Under the pieces are notes generated by a model. The model was not told the DNA's origin and did no database searches. It saw only the letters and a list, made by a program, of their open reading frames with translations. From contig CAZPHA010000002.1 of assembly GCA_964586215.1 (NCBI GenBank), forward strand, positions 5,388 through 69,387: a DNA stretch of 64,000 bases, in the 5' to 3' direction. The translations under genes and the position numbers were made by a program. This DNA is from an uncultured Ferruginibacter sp. Its GTDB lineage: Bacteria; Bacteroidota; Bacteroidia; Chitinophagales; Chitinophagaceae. Of the stretch, positions 9,362 through 19,941 are shown piece by piece (the stretch's first letter is position 1; each line of letters opens with the position of its first letter).

Positions 9362-11011
9362 TTATATAAAATTAAAAATATCTCCATCAAATAATCCTTT
9401 ATCACTTAATTTAATATGTGGAATCACCAGCAAAGCCATAAATGACAGGGTCATAAAAGGAGCTTTTAAATCAGAACCTAATACTTCTTTGGCCATTTTG
9501 TCAATAGCAGTATAAGCATTTGCAACACTATAGCCATCATCAGCGCTCATTAAGCCGCCAATTGGCAAGGGTAATATGGCATCAGTTTGCTCCTCTTCAT
9601 TTATAGACAGGGAGGCACAACTAATACCTCCCTTCTCTTTAATAATTAAGTTGATTGCCTGGCAAATGCTTGCATCATCAACACCCACAGCTACAATGTT
9701 GTGACTGTCGTGGGCTACCGACGAAGCAATGGCGCCTTTTTTCAAACCAAAGTTTTTAACGAAAGCCCGGGCAATGGGAGCATCGGAATATCTATTGACG
9801 ACGACTATTTTTAAAATATCATCTTGTACATTACTTACGATTTTTCCATCCTGTACTAAGGGCGGAACAAGTATTTTATTGGTGATCAGTTGGCCATCCA
9901 GCGCTTCGATGACCGGAATTTCTTTTTCATCTTTATAGTTGACCTCAAAGTCTTCCGGTTTTTTAAATGAACAATTAAAATAGTTAATGGGGGCGAAGGT
10001 TTCTGTTTTAATATAAGATTCGCCATTGGCGGCTACCAAACGGCCATCAATATACGTAGCAATAACATCAAAGGTTTTTAAATTATCAACAACGATAAAA
10101 TCAGCCGGATCATTAATTTGTAATAATCCGACTTGCATGTTATAATGTTTTACGGGATTAATACAGGCCGCTTTTAATACTTTAAAAATATCAATACCAT
10201 GGGCTATTGCTCTTGCACAGAGTTGGTTGATATGGCCTTCTGCAAGGCTGTCGGGATGTTTGTCATCACTACAAAACATCATATTTTCGTAGTGCTCCTG
10301 TAATAAGGGAATCAGGGCATTAAAATTTTTAGCTGCACTACCTTCTCTAATTAAAATTTTCATGCCGAAAGTCAGTTTATCCAACGCTTCTTCAGCGGTA
10401 AAGCATTCATGATCGGTAGAAATGCCGGCTTCAATATATTTTTTAGCTACTTCACCACGTAAACCCGGGGCATGGCCATCAACGGGTTTATTCATCCTTT
10501 TTGCTGCGGCAATTTTTGCTAATACGGTAGGATCATCATTCAATACACCAGGAAAATTCATCATTTCACTCAAATAAAAGATTTCTTTCCGTACCAACAG
10601 TTTGGCAACATCCTCGGCATCCAGTGTAGCGCCGGCAGTTTCAAAAGTAGTGGCAGGCACACAGCTGGGCGCTCCAAAATGAAATTTGAAAGGGACAGTT
10701 TTGCCATTGTCAATCATAAAATCCACACCTTCCATTCCACATACATTGGCAATTTCATGGGGATCGCTAATCGTAGCAACGGTGCCATGCACAACAGCTA
10801 GTTTGCCAAATTCGCCGGGTACCAACATGCTGCTTTCAATGTGGACATGGCTATCAATAAATCCCGGTAAAATATAGGGTTGATCTTTTTCTTCTTCATT
10901 TTTAATACAATCAATACGTTCAATGATGCCGTTATTCACCGTTATGGTGCCATAATAAATATGGCGCTGAGGTATATCAACAATGTTGCCGCTAATAATG
11001 AAAGAGTTCAT
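9362..11011 (-). CDS. ade: Adenine deaminase
   Basis: '[13 protein letters not shown]', 'EMMNFPG', 'DGHAPG', 'HDSHN' motifs. Confidence 0.95.
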   Translation of the reverse strand: MNSFIISGNIVDIPQRHIYYGTITVNNGIIERIDCIKNEEEKDQPYILPGFIDSHVHIESSMLVPGEFGKLAVVHGTVATISDPHEIANVCGMEGVDFMIDNGKTVPFKFHFGAPSCVPATTFETAGATLDAEDVAKLLVRKEIFYLSEMMNFPGVLNDDPTVLAKIAAAKRMNKPVDGHAPGLRGEVAKKYIEAGISTDHECFTAEEALDKLTFGMKILIREGSAAKNFNALIPLLQEHYENMMFCSDDKHPDSLAEGHINQLCARAIAHGIDIFKVLKAACINPVKHYNMQVGLLQINDPADFIVVDNLKTFDVIATYIDGRLVAANGESYIKTETFAPINYFNCSFKKPEDFEVNYKDEKEIPVIEALDGQLITNKILVPPLVQDGKIVSNVQDDILKIVVVNRYSDAPIARAFVKNFGLKKGAIASSVAHDSHNIVAVGVDDASICQAINLIIKEKGGISCASLSINEEEQTDAILPLPIGGLMSADDGYSVANAYTAIDKMAKEVLGSDLKAPFMTLSFMALLVIPHIKLSDKGLFDGDIFNFI

Positions 11012-11080
11012 CGGAAAAAATTAGGCTGTAAATGTAAGCAGATATGCTTAATCACCATTTATCAAATACAATTCGTGTTA

Positions 11081-11758
11081 TTACTCCTCCAATAAATCCG
11101 GCCTTTTTGCTTTAGTAAGTTGTAGCGATTGTTCTAATCTCCATTGTTCGATCAATTGGTGGTTGCCGCTGAGTAGTACGTCGGGTACTTTCCAGCCCCT
11201 AAACTCTACAGGCCTTGTATAAACGGGCGGCGCTAATAAGTTATCCTGAAAAGAATCTGTCAGAGCAGAAGTTTCATCGTTGAGTACACCTGGTATCAGT
11301 CTTCCGATAGCGTCTACCAGTACCGCCGCCGCCAATTCGCCGCCACTGAGTACATAATCGCCGATACTGATTTCTTTGGTGATAAAATGATCTCTCACAC
11401 GCTGATCAATGCCTTTGTAGTGTCCGCAGATTAAAAGAAGGTTTTTTTGGAGAGAAAATTGATTGGCTGTTTTTTGAGTAAATGTTTCGCCGTCAGGCGT
11501 AAGATAAATGACTTCATCATAGTTTGTAATTTTTTGCAAACTTTCGATGGCGTTTACCAATGGTTCAACCATCAGTACCATTCCGGCGCCGCCGCCAAAA
11601 GCATAATCGTCTACCTGTGACCGTGAGTAAGTGGTATAATCTCTTAAATTAATGATATTGACTTCTAATAAACCTTTTTCCCGGGCTCTTTTTAAAATAG
11701 AGTGAGCAAAGGGACTTTGCAATAAGTCCGGCACTACGGAGATGATGTCGATTTTCAT
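11081..11758 (-). CDS. trmD: tRNA (guanosine(37)-N1)-methyltransferase
   Basis: '[11 protein letters not shown]', 'CGHYKGID', '[11 protein letters not shown]'. Confidence 0.96.
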   Translation of the reverse strand: MKIDIISVVPDLLQSPFAHSILKRAREKGLLEVNIINLRDYTTYSRSQVDDYAFGGGAGMVLMVEPLVNAIESLQKITNYDEVIYLTPDGETFTQKTANQFSLQKNLLLICGHYKGIDQRVRDHFITKEISIGDYVLSGGELAAAVLVDAIGRLIPGVLNDETSALTDSFQDNLLAPPVYTRPVEFRGWKVPDVLLSGNHQLIEQWRLEQSLQLTKAKRPDLLEE

Positions 11759-11764
11759 TTTCGT

Positions 11765-12154
11765 CTATTCTATTACAAAGGTAATAGGTTGTCTTCGATA
11801 AGAGCCTACAGCCTTGCCATTTTGCATGGCAGGAATCCATTTGCCACTTTTTTTAATGACTCTTATACATTCTTTTTCCATTCCATACCCATGCTCAGTA
11901 AGAGCTTTAATATCGCTGATACTTCCATCTTTACTTACAATAAATTGAATTATTACGGTATATTGCCCTTTAGGGGCACCCTCTTTTAGAGGGACACTAA
12001 AATTTAGATTCTTTTTAATAAATTTTTTCCAGGCACTATCGCCCCCAGGAAAATGGGCTTGTTTTTCTACTGCGGTAAATATGTCATTTCCCGGCTGTGC
12101 TTTAGCCAGGTTTGAAAACATTAAAGCAAAAAATAATATATATACTATTTTCAT
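11765..12154 (-). CDS. Energy transducer TonB C-terminal domain protein
   Basis: Signal peptide, 'FPGG', 'FIVSKDGSISDIK', 'WIPAMQNGKAV'. Confidence 0.8.
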   Translation of the reverse strand: MKIVYILFFALMFSNLAKAQPGNDIFTAVEKQAHFPGGDSAWKKFIKKNLNFSVPLKEGAPKGQYTVIIQFIVSKDGSISDIKALTEHGYGMEKECIRVIKKSGKWIPAMQNGKAVGSYRRQPITFVIE

Positions 12155-12180
12155 ATATGAATTTTATGTTTAAGTTATAA

Positions 12181-12344
12181 GAGCCTGTTTAAATTTACTT
12201 AATAGAGCCTGTTTAAATTTAATTGATAGGATTTTCATATGGTGAAAAGTGGCCGGTGGGGACACCGGCCACGGCGGACAGCCGCTGTTGGTGTCCTCAC
12301 CAACAGCAAAATACACAATAAAAGTTTTATTTTTAAACAGGCTC
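12181..12344. mobile_element. Non-autonomous MITE-like element (~164 bp) with 13-bp terminal inverted repeats and a duplicated left end
   Basis: GAGCCTGTTTAAA at 12181 and again at 12205; reverse complement TTTAAACAGGCTC ends at 12344; TAA flanks both outer ends; no ORF inside. Confidence 0.75.
12249..12307. repeat. REP-like hairpin doublet inside the MITE
   Basis: GTGGCCGGTG-GGGA-CACCGGCCAC (12249-72) and GCTGTTGGTG-TCCT-CACCAACAGC (12284-307), both perfect 10-bp stems. Confidence 0.8.
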
Positions 12345-12422
12345 TAAAAGTATATTGGAAATTTTACTGTTGGTATTAAGAATTGCACTAAAAGCGATAT
12401 TTGTGTCAATAACAATTCTCAT
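12333..12422 (-). pseudogene. Truncated PIN-domain toxin (MRIVIDTNIAFSAILNTNSKISNILL...)
   Basis: PIN N-terminal beta1 motif 'VIDTN'; ATGA overlap with the upstream ORF; frame runs into the MITE end and stops after 29 codons. Confidence 0.75.
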
Positions 12423-12622
12423 AGTTCGATTTTGCTTTTAGTTTTTGCCCACCGACCTTTTTTTATTCTTTTCACCAGGCTGTCTACATCCTTTTGTGTA
12501 GCTGTTGATTTTTTTGCAATCTCCTTAAATTCAAATAAATCAACCAAATCTTGTAAAAAGTCAATCCGTGTTGATTGTGGCAACCTAAAAACTATACCCT
12601 TTTTTGTGCTTTCAATAATCAT
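12419..12622 (-). CDS. Small protein, probable antitoxin of a type II PIN TA pair
   Basis: 67 aa; translationally coupled directly upstream of a PIN fragment. Confidence 0.6.
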   Translation of the reverse strand: MIIESTKKGIVFRLPQSTRIDFLQDLVDLFEFKEIAKKSTATQKDVDSLVKRIKKGRWAKTKSKIEL

Positions 12623-12711
12623 GTTAGTCTTTTTTATAAATATACGAATTTTTCGGTTTTTTCTCTTTATAAATTAACATTAAATGCAATATATTATTAT
12701 CAATTAATCAA

Positions 12712-13095
12712 TTATCCATTAAAAAACTCATCCAAATCTCTTTTATCTTTTTTGGTAGGCCGGCCTATTTTGCTTAACCTTTTGCCCGTATGAAAAGTAG
12801 CGGCCTGAAATTGAATACGTTCCTTTTCTTCAGCAGGTGTAATATCGGTGTAATAATTTATTGCTTCGCTGAATTTGGCCCGATTGTATAGCAAACCTTT
12901 TACATGTATCACCCATTTACGGCTTTCCGTTTTGATATGATACTCATCTCCCACATTCACGGTTTTGGAAGCTTTGGCGGCATCGCCGTTATATTTTACC
13001 TTGCCTTTATCACAGGCATCGGCGGCCTGACTACGGGTTTTATAAATCCTGATTGCCCATAAATACTTATCCAGCCGTAGTTTTTCTTTTTCCAT
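12712..13095 (-). CDS. hslR: RNA-binding S4 domain protein (Hsp15/HslR-like)
   Basis: 'LRLDKYLWAIRIYKTRSQA', 'GRPTKKDKR'. Confidence 0.85.
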   Translation of the reverse strand: MEKEKLRLDKYLWAIRIYKTRSQAADACDKGKVKYNGDAAKASKTVNVGDEYHIKTESRKWVIHVKGLLYNRAKFSEAINYYTDITPAEEKERIQFQAATFHTGKRLSKIGRPTKKDKRDLDEFFNG

Positions 13096-13121
13096 AAAAC
13101 TGTTGTGCTAATTTTATTTTT

Positions 13122-13152
13122 ATTACACGAATTAGTTCGAATTACACGAATT
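13122..13152. repeat. ATTACACGAATT dispersed repeat doublet
   Basis: Two copies 19 bp apart; the reverse-complement doublet is at 8597-8630, with further copies at ~1019-1136 and ~29035-29115. Confidence 0.8.
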
Positions 13153-13259
13153 CAGTAACAACCTATCACAACAAAATTAAATTCTTTTAAGTGAATACTT
13201 GTTAAAGCTGTATGCGTAATACACTAATTCCATTAAATTTGACCTTAAAATAATTATTT

Positions 13260-15446
13260 ATGAATTGCAGGAAATATAGAATTATTAAAACTACTTTTTT
13301 ATTCATTATTGTTGTTTCATCAGCATTCGCTCAAAAGAAAAGTGATATCAACTGGAGTGTTGATGGTAATAGTTACACTAAAGTGAAGGAGGGAAACATC
13401 GTAAGAATAGATGTAAAAACACAAGCTGAAAATATTATCATCAAAAAAGAACAGCTAACACCTGTGGGAGGAAAAGCACTGTCAATTGCATCGTATAACT
13501 TCAGTACTGATAACAGTAAATTATTATTATTTACCAATACTGCAAGAGTTTGGCGTTACAATACCAGGGGCGATTACTGGGTATTGGATATTCCGGCTAA
13601 TAAATTAATCCAGATCGGTAAAGGCTTACCTGCACAATCGTTAATGTTTGCAAAATTTTCTCCTGATGGTAAAAAAGTAGCTTATGTAAGTGAGCATAAT
13701 CTTTTTGTGGAAGATGTTGGTAATGGCAGACAGGTGAAACTAACGAGAGACGGTACACGAAAACTCATCAATGGTACATTTGACTGGGTATATGAGGAAG
13801 AATTTGGCTGTAGGGACGGCTTCAGGTGGAGTCCTGATGGTAGCAAAATTGCTTTCTGGCAGGTAGATGCTACAAAGGTTAGAGATTATTATATGCTGAA
13901 TACTACAGATTCAGTTTATTCAAAAATTATTCCGGTAGAGTATCCCAAGGTTGGTGAGCCACCTTCGCCGGTTAAAATTGGTGTAATCAATGTAGCGAAC
14001 GGAATCATTAAATGGATGAATATAGAAGGCGATCCACAGCAGCGCTACATACCTCGTATGGAGTGGGCAGGCAGTACAGAACTGGCTTTACAACAATTGG
14101 ATAGAAAACAACAGGAGAGTAAATTATTATATTGTAATGTAACCGATGGCAGCAGTTATACTTTTTGGGCGGAGAGTGATGAAAATGCCTGGGTGGATAT
14201 GAATACCGATAATCCCGTGGGCTGGAATTGGATTAATAAAGGCCAGGATTTTATATGGGTAAGCGAAAAAGACGGCTGGCGACATATTTATAAAATAAGC
14301 AGGGATGGCAAAAAAGAAACGCTCATTTCAAAAGGGAATTATGATATTGGTGAAATAAAATGCATTGATGAAAATAACAATTACATATATTTTACAGCCT
14401 CTCCAAATAATGCTACACAGTTATATTTATTTAAAACCCGGATTGAACCTAAAAATGCTGCTGAGACACCAGAAATTGTAACTCCACTAACTTTAAAAGG
14501 TACACATAATTATAGCATTGCTCCTAATGGAAAATATGCAGTTCATTATTTCTCAAATTTTAAAACGCCTCAAATATCGGAATGGATTACACTACCGGAT
14601 CACAAGCCGGTACATTCATCTAAAAGCATTGCCAGCAATATCAAAACAAATGACAATATTAATGTAGAATATTTTCAGGTAACAACTGAAGATAATGTTA
14701 CGGTAGATGCCTGGATGCACAAGCCACTTAATTTTGATCCACAAAAAAAATACCCGGTTGTTTTTTATGTGTATGGTGAGCCCGCTGCTTCAACCGTAGA
14801 AGACAGCTATGGCAATCATAATAATTTTTTATACAATGGCAATATGGCTGCTGATGGTTATATTCAGGTGTCGGTTGATAATAGAGGTACGCCATCTTTA
14901 AAAGGCGCCGCCTGGCGAAAAGCTATTTATAAAAATATTGGTAGAATTAACATTCGTGATATGGCTATGGCTGCGAAAAAAATATTACAGCAGCCTTATT
15001 GCGATAAGGATCGGGTAGCAGTATGGGGTTGGAGTGGCGGAGGTTCCTCTACGCTTAATTTATTATTTCAATATCCTGATATTTTTAAAACAGGTATAGC
15101 CATCGCAGCTGTAACCAACTTACTATTTTATGATAATATTTACCAGGAAAGATATATGGGGCTACCACAGGAAAACCGGCAAAGTTTTATAGAAGGGTCG
15201 CCCATTAATTATGTCAAAGGCTTAAAAGGAAATCTGCTTTACATCCATGGAAGTGGAGATGATAATGTACATTTTTCTAATGCAGAATTACTTGTAAATG
15301 AATTAATTAAATATAATAAACAATTCCAATTTATGGAATACCCTAACCGTACACACAGTATTTCAGAAGGTGAGGGAACATTTATGCATTTAAGTAATCT
15401 ATATACCAACTTTTTGCAAAAAAATTGTCCTCCCGGTGGTCGGTAA
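13260..15446 (+). CDS. S9 family dipeptidyl peptidase IV
   Basis: DPP-IV N-terminal propeller 'DWVYEEEF', catalytic 'GWSGGG', 'DDNVH', His motif. Confidence 0.9.
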   Translation: MNCRKYRIIKTTFLFIIVVSSAFAQKKSDINWSVDGNSYTKVKEGNIVRIDVKTQAENIIIKKEQLTPVGGKALSIASYNFSTDNSKLLLFTNTARVWRYNTRGDYWVLDIPANKLIQIGKGLPAQSLMFAKFSPDGKKVAYVSEHNLFVEDVGNGRQVKLTRDGTRKLINGTFDWVYEEEFGCRDGFRWSPDGSKIAFWQVDATKVRDYYMLNTTDSVYSKIIPVEYPKVGEPPSPVKIGVINVANGIIKWMNIEGDPQQRYIPRMEWAGSTELALQQLDRKQQESKLLYCNVTDGSSYTFWAESDENAWVDMNTDNPVGWNWINKGQDFIWVSEKDGWRHIYKISRDGKKETLISKGNYDIGEIKCIDENNNYIYFTASPNNATQLYLFKTRIEPKNAAETPEIVTPLTLKGTHNYSIAPNGKYAVHYFSNFKTPQISEWITLPDHKPVHSSKSIASNIKTNDNINVEYFQVTTEDNVTVDAWMHKPLNFDPQKKYPVVFYVYGEPAASTVEDSYGNHNNFLYNGNMAADGYIQVSVDNRGTPSLKGAAWRKAIYKNIGRINIRDMAMAAKKILQQPYCDKDRVAVWGWSGGGSSTLNLLFQYPDIFKTGIAIAAVTNLLFYDNIYQERYMGLPQENRQSFIEGSPINYVKGLKGNLLYIHGSGDDNVHFSNAELLVNELIKYNKQFQFMEYPNRTHSISEGEGTFMHLSNLYTNFLQKNCPPGGR

Positions 15447-15595
15447 AATGTCCGACAGCCCTCCCTCTGACATTTTAACAAATTAAATAAAATTTTAATA
15501 TATATAATAAAAAAAATTATTAAACTTTCACCTTATAATTCATATAATTAGAGTTAATTTGTGTAATTCGTATTAAATCTATAAAACTAAATACT

Positions 15596-18500
15596 TTGAG
15601 AAATTCTACCCTTAGCTATCTGCCTTTTTTGGCTATGCTATTGTTGCATCCTTTTGTACTTTTTGCTCAGCCAAAACAAGAACAAAATCCTACTGCTTTT
15701 CATCGTTGCTTTACGATGGAATATCTTGAGAATCAAATAAAAGCTGATCCTACGCTGCCGGCTAAATGGAAGGCACAGGGAGAGTTAATTCAACAGGAAA
15801 ATGCCAAAAAGAAGGTACAGGGTACGCAGTCCAAGCTTTTAAATCTGCAGAATGTAACAGTTATTCCTATCGTTTTTCATGTGGTAGTGAATGCCGGTCA
15901 GCAGGCCACCATTACTGATGCTTTGCTCCAACGCCAGGTAGATGTGCTGAACAGAGATTTTGCCGGTCTTAATCCGGATAGTTCTAAATTGCCAGCTGCT
16001 TTCAAAGCAGTTTTCGGGCATTCAAAAATCCGTTTTTGCCTGGCCAAACGTACACCCGGTAATATTGCTACAAATGGTATCGAACGGAGAGTGACCAATG
16101 CAACCTTTACTCAAAATACTTTATCAAACCTAAAAAAAACAGCGGCGGGTGGATTAGATGCCTGGGACGGCAATAAATATTTTAATGTATGGTTGGCTAC
16201 CTTTACAGATGGCTTGTTAGGGATAGCTACCTTCCCCTTCTCTGCACCACCTGATGAGCAGGGAGTTGCTATTCATTGGGGAACGATAGATTTGGCCTGT
16301 GGATCGCCCTTTCCTAATGCTTATGATTTGGGGAGGACATTGGTACACGAAACGGGACATTATTTTTATCTCTGGCATATTTGGGGTGATGATGCAGATG
16401 ATTGTAGCGGCAACGATTTTCGAATCCAGGCAGGGTATCCTTTGACTGCCACGTGTAATGATGATACACCTAATCAGACCGGATCAACCGGAGGGTGTTT
16501 ATCCGGAGTACAAACAGATGCCTGCAGCCCGGTAGCCCCTGGTTTTATGTATCAAAATTACATGGATTATACCGATGACGCCTGCTATGGTATGTTTACA
16601 ATAGCGCAAACCTGCCGTATGGAAAGTTGTCTGGAAGATTTCAGGGCTTCCTTGAAAACGTCTAATGGTTGTACGCCGGTTGTGGCTGTAAATAATGACG
16701 TAAGGATATCAGAAGTATTATCACCTTCCAGCAGAGGCTTTGCCTGTGGGGCCAAAGCAACTATTTGCACAGGACCTCTTTCACCACAAGTATTGATAGT
16801 GAATGATGCTGATCTTCCTTTGACATCCGTAAAGCTTACCATTCAAATTGATGGTAATACAGTTGCCGTTCAAAATTGGACTGGTAACGTAGCTGCCGGA
16901 GATTTTACATTTGTCAATATTAATTCCATCGTATCTCCGGAAGGTATTCATACATTGACTGTAATTGCGAGTGAACCAAATGGAGTAGTCGATGAAAAAC
17001 CAAATAACAATACTGTTGATGCAAAATATGAATTGCTCTCTGTAGGCCTGGACCTGCCACTGGCTTCTGAAAGTTTTGAAGGAGCATTTCCCCCTGCCGG
17101 TTGGAAAGTTATTAATCCTGACAATGGAATAACCTGGGCTAAAACTTTATTAGCAGGCAATCCCGGCGTTGCTTCAGCCCGAATCAATTCATATAATTAT
17201 AGTACTAAAGGGCGTATTGACTATCTCGTGGCGCCAAAGATAAAAACAACCGGGGCTGATTCAGTAATTGTAAAGTTTAACCTGGCTTATGCCAAATACA
17301 GTAATAGCCCTCAGGATTGGGAAGAATTAGAGTTAGTATATTCAGAAGACTGTGGGCTTACCTGGTTGCCAACCGGCTACAGAAAAAGCGGTAATGATCT
17401 GGCTACCAATGGCGGCGTAATCACAGGCGATGTATCTTTTGTGCCTACACTTGCCCAATGGCGTAAAGAGTCGGTAGCTTTGCCCACCTGCCAACTTTCA
17501 GCTTCTGAAATACTGGTAGCTTTTAAAAGCACCAATCAGTATGGTAATAATATTTACATAGATAATGTATCGATCGAAAAAGTGGATATATCTAATCCAA
17601 ATACAGGCATATCTGATCTAACCTCACCGGTAGACTTCCTTTGTAGCAATAGTTTTGAACCTCAGCTGGTACTTACCAACAAAGGATCTGACCCATTAAC
17701 CAGTATTAAGTTTAACATAGTAATTGATGGAGCAGCTCCTGTTACCTACAATTGGACAGGCAATATTTCACGGTGCTCTTCAGTTGTAGTAAATACTCCT
17801 ACCATTACTACTACCGGCGGAGTGCATTCAATGATCATTTATACTACTAATCCAAATGGCGCTGCCGATCAGTTTACACCTAATGATACCTTAAAAACAA
17901 GTTTCTATGTAGTGAATACCGTCAATGCACCATTAGTGGAAGGGTTTGAAGGCAACACTTTTCCGCCTGATAAATTTCTTCTACGTAATACAGATAATAA
18001 TCTAACCTGGGAGAAGTCAATAAATGTTGCGTATACCGGACAGGCAAGTAGTGTAATTAAAAACTTTGTTTACCCATTTGAAAATACAGTGGATTATTTA
18101 GCAACTCCAAAAGTTGCTATCGCTAATGCTGATTCGGCATTTGTAAGTTTTGATTATGCGTATGCACCCGGCAAAAACTATCCGGGAAGTACTGCTTTAC
18201 CTTTGGATACGCTTGAAGTAGCTATTACCAAAGATTGTGGTAACAGCTTAACCAGCATTTGGAAAAAATGGGGTGAAGCTCTGCAAACAGTTAATAATCC
18301 TAATTATCCCAATGCGGTTGAATTTATTCCTACTCAGGAAAACCAATGGAAGCATGTTCGGATTACAATACCCTCCTATGTTGTAAATGCAGATGATCAG
18401 TTCCAGGTATTTTTTAGCGCTAAAAGTAATCGACAAAATGACATTTATATTGACAATATCAATGTATTTAGCAAAACTTTGCCGCAACGTTTAAAAGATC

Positions 18501-18745
18501 AGGGATATTTAATCTATCCTAATCCTTTCAGCAACTCGTTCTTAATTCATCACTATACAGCGCCGGTTAACCTGCAGCAGGTACAGGTATATAATTCAGT
18601 AGGTGAGCTGGTATGGGAAAAACGTTTTGCCGGTAATGCTACCACTGAGATAATGATAAATTTGAACAAATTAGCCAAAGGCGTATATATATTAAAAATG
18701 ACTTATTTGAATAAGAAAGTTGTTGAGAAGATTGTAAAAAATTAG
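15596..18745 (+). CDS. M43 (pappalysin/ulilysin-like) zinc metalloprotease with repeated beta-sandwich domains and T9SS C-terminal sorting domain
   Basis: Cys-switch-like 'RCFTM', 'HETGHYFYLWHIWGD', 'NYMDY', C-terminal 'IYPNP...LAKGVYILK'. Confidence 0.88.
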   Translation: MRNSTLSYLPFLAMLLLHPFVLFAQPKQEQNPTAFHRCFTMEYLENQIKADPTLPAKWKAQGELIQQENAKKKVQGTQSKLLNLQNVTVIPIVFHVVVNAGQQATITDALLQRQVDVLNRDFAGLNPDSSKLPAAFKAVFGHSKIRFCLAKRTPGNIATNGIERRVTNATFTQNTLSNLKKTAAGGLDAWDGNKYFNVWLATFTDGLLGIATFPFSAPPDEQGVAIHWGTIDLACGSPFPNAYDLGRTLVHETGHYFYLWHIWGDDADDCSGNDFRIQAGYPLTATCNDDTPNQTGSTGGCLSGVQTDACSPVAPGFMYQNYMDYTDDACYGMFTIAQTCRMESCLEDFRASLKTSNGCTPVVAVNNDVRISEVLSPSSRGFACGAKATICTGPLSPQVLIVNDADLPLTSVKLTIQIDGNTVAVQNWTGNVAAGDFTFVNINSIVSPEGIHTLTVIASEPNGVVDEKPNNNTVDAKYELLSVGLDLPLASESFEGAFPPAGWKVINPDNGITWAKTLLAGNPGVASARINSYNYSTKGRIDYLVAPKIKTTGADSVIVKFNLAYAKYSNSPQDWEELELVYSEDCGLTWLPTGYRKSGNDLATNGGVITGDVSFVPTLAQWRKESVALPTCQLSASEILVAFKSTNQYGNNIYIDNVSIEKVDISNPNTGISDLTSPVDFLCSNSFEPQLVLTNKGSDPLTSIKFNIVIDGAAPVTYNWTGNISRCSSVVVNTPTITTTGGVHSMIIYTTNPNGAADQFTPNDTLKTSFYVVNTVNAPLVEGFEGNTFPPDKFLLRNTDNNLTWEKSINVAYTGQASSVIKNFVYPFENTVDYLATPKVAIANADSAFVSFDYAYAPGKNYPGSTALPLDTLEVAITKDCGNSLTSIWKKWGEALQTVNNPNYPNAVEFIPTQENQWKHVRITIPSYVVNADDQFQVFFSAKSNRQNDIYIDNINVFSKTLPQRLKDQGYLIYPNPFSNSFLIHHYTAPVNLQQVQVYNSVGELVWEKRFAGNATTEIMINLNKLAKGVYILKMTYLNKKVVEKIVKN

Positions 18746-18808
18746 CTTTTTTATGACTTGCTGTTGAGTGAATAATAAGTATGAATTAATGCTTTTAGGA
18801 ATATTAAT

Positions 18809-19462
18809 GACTATCCGTAATTTGGAAAATACTAAATAATTTAGTATTTTTGTCTAAAATATTTAGTTATGAAGATAGCCGATTTTTTTAGTAAATACGC
18901 CACAGAGGATAGTTGTAGAGCTTTTTTCAAAGATAGAAAACAACGCTCAGGTATTGTTTGTTCCAATTGTGGTTCGATCAATCATTACTGGATTGATCGG
19001 GAAAGTAGATGGAAATGTAAAGATTGTGGTAAATCCACCAGTCTAAAAACAGGCACAGTAATGGAGCATTCCAATTTAGGGTATAAAGTTTGGTTGTGGG
19101 GGTTATATTTGATGAGTCTGACCAAGAAGGGTTTTTCAGCTTTGGAGATGCAACGCCTGATAGGCCATAAGCGATATGAACCCATATGGCTGATGATGCA
19201 AAAGATTAGGATAAGCATGGGCAACAGAGATGACAGCTATAGTTTAGAAGGTTATATAGAAATGGATGAAGGATTTTTTGAAGGACACCGCAAGAAGGGC
19301 GACTGCTCTGATATAGCCGGCAAGCCGGTAAAGGAATTGGATAGACAGGTCAAGGTGATTGTGGCTGTTTCTACAAATCCGCTTAGCACTGCCGAATGCA
19401 AGAAGCATCGTCCTGCCAGTAAGGCCGGTTTTGTAAAAATGAGTGTAGTAAGCAGCCTTTAA
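18809..19462 (+). mobile_element. Truncated IS1595-family insertion sequence (putative left end at 18809; transposase ORF 18869..19462 stops early)
   Basis: Zn ribbon 'CSNCGS...WKCKDCG', 'KTGTVMEHS', 'EMDEGFF' first catalytic Asp; ORF ends at 197 aa; no matching right end seen. Confidence 0.8.
18821..18852 (+). promoter_or_regulatory. Transposase promoter overlapped by a palindrome
   Basis: TTTG-N20-TATTTTTG; AAAATACTAAA-TAA-TTTAGTATTTT inverted repeat at 18826-18850. Confidence 0.5.
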
Positions 19463-19676
19463 CGTTCGCAATATATTGCCCAGAATATATATATTAAAAA
19501 TTAATAATAATGGAGTTTCTAAAAGTTATAGATTAATAAATGGCACATATTAAGCTAATAGGAATTTGTGATATATTATTGAAAAACAATACTATTTTTC
19601 TTAAACTCCAGGATATTTCTTTGCAGTTATTGCAAAAAGTATATTTTTGCACTTCTTATAACCAAATTTTACGATC

Positions 19677-19913
19677 ATGTCAGACATTGCAACAAGAGTA
19701 AAGAAAATAATTGTTGACAAACTAGGAGTAGATGAAGCGGAAGTAACTCCTGAAGCTTCTTTTACCAATGATTTAGGTGCCGATAGCTTAGACACAGTAG
19801 AGCTTATTATGGAATTTGAAAAAGAGTTCAATATCTCTATTCCGGATGAGCAGGCAGAAACCATTACTACTGTAGGTCAGGCTATTACTTATTTGGAAGA
19901 ACACGCTAAGTAA
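19677..19913 (+). CDS. acpP: Acyl carrier protein
   Basis: '[12 protein letters not shown]' phosphopantetheine site. Confidence 0.97.
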   Translation: MSDIATRVKKIIVDKLGVDEAEVTPEASFTNDLGADSLDTVELIMEFEKEFNISIPDEQAETITTVGQAITYLEEHAK

Positions 19914-19941
19914 TCATCATTAATTATCACAGGCAAATTGT

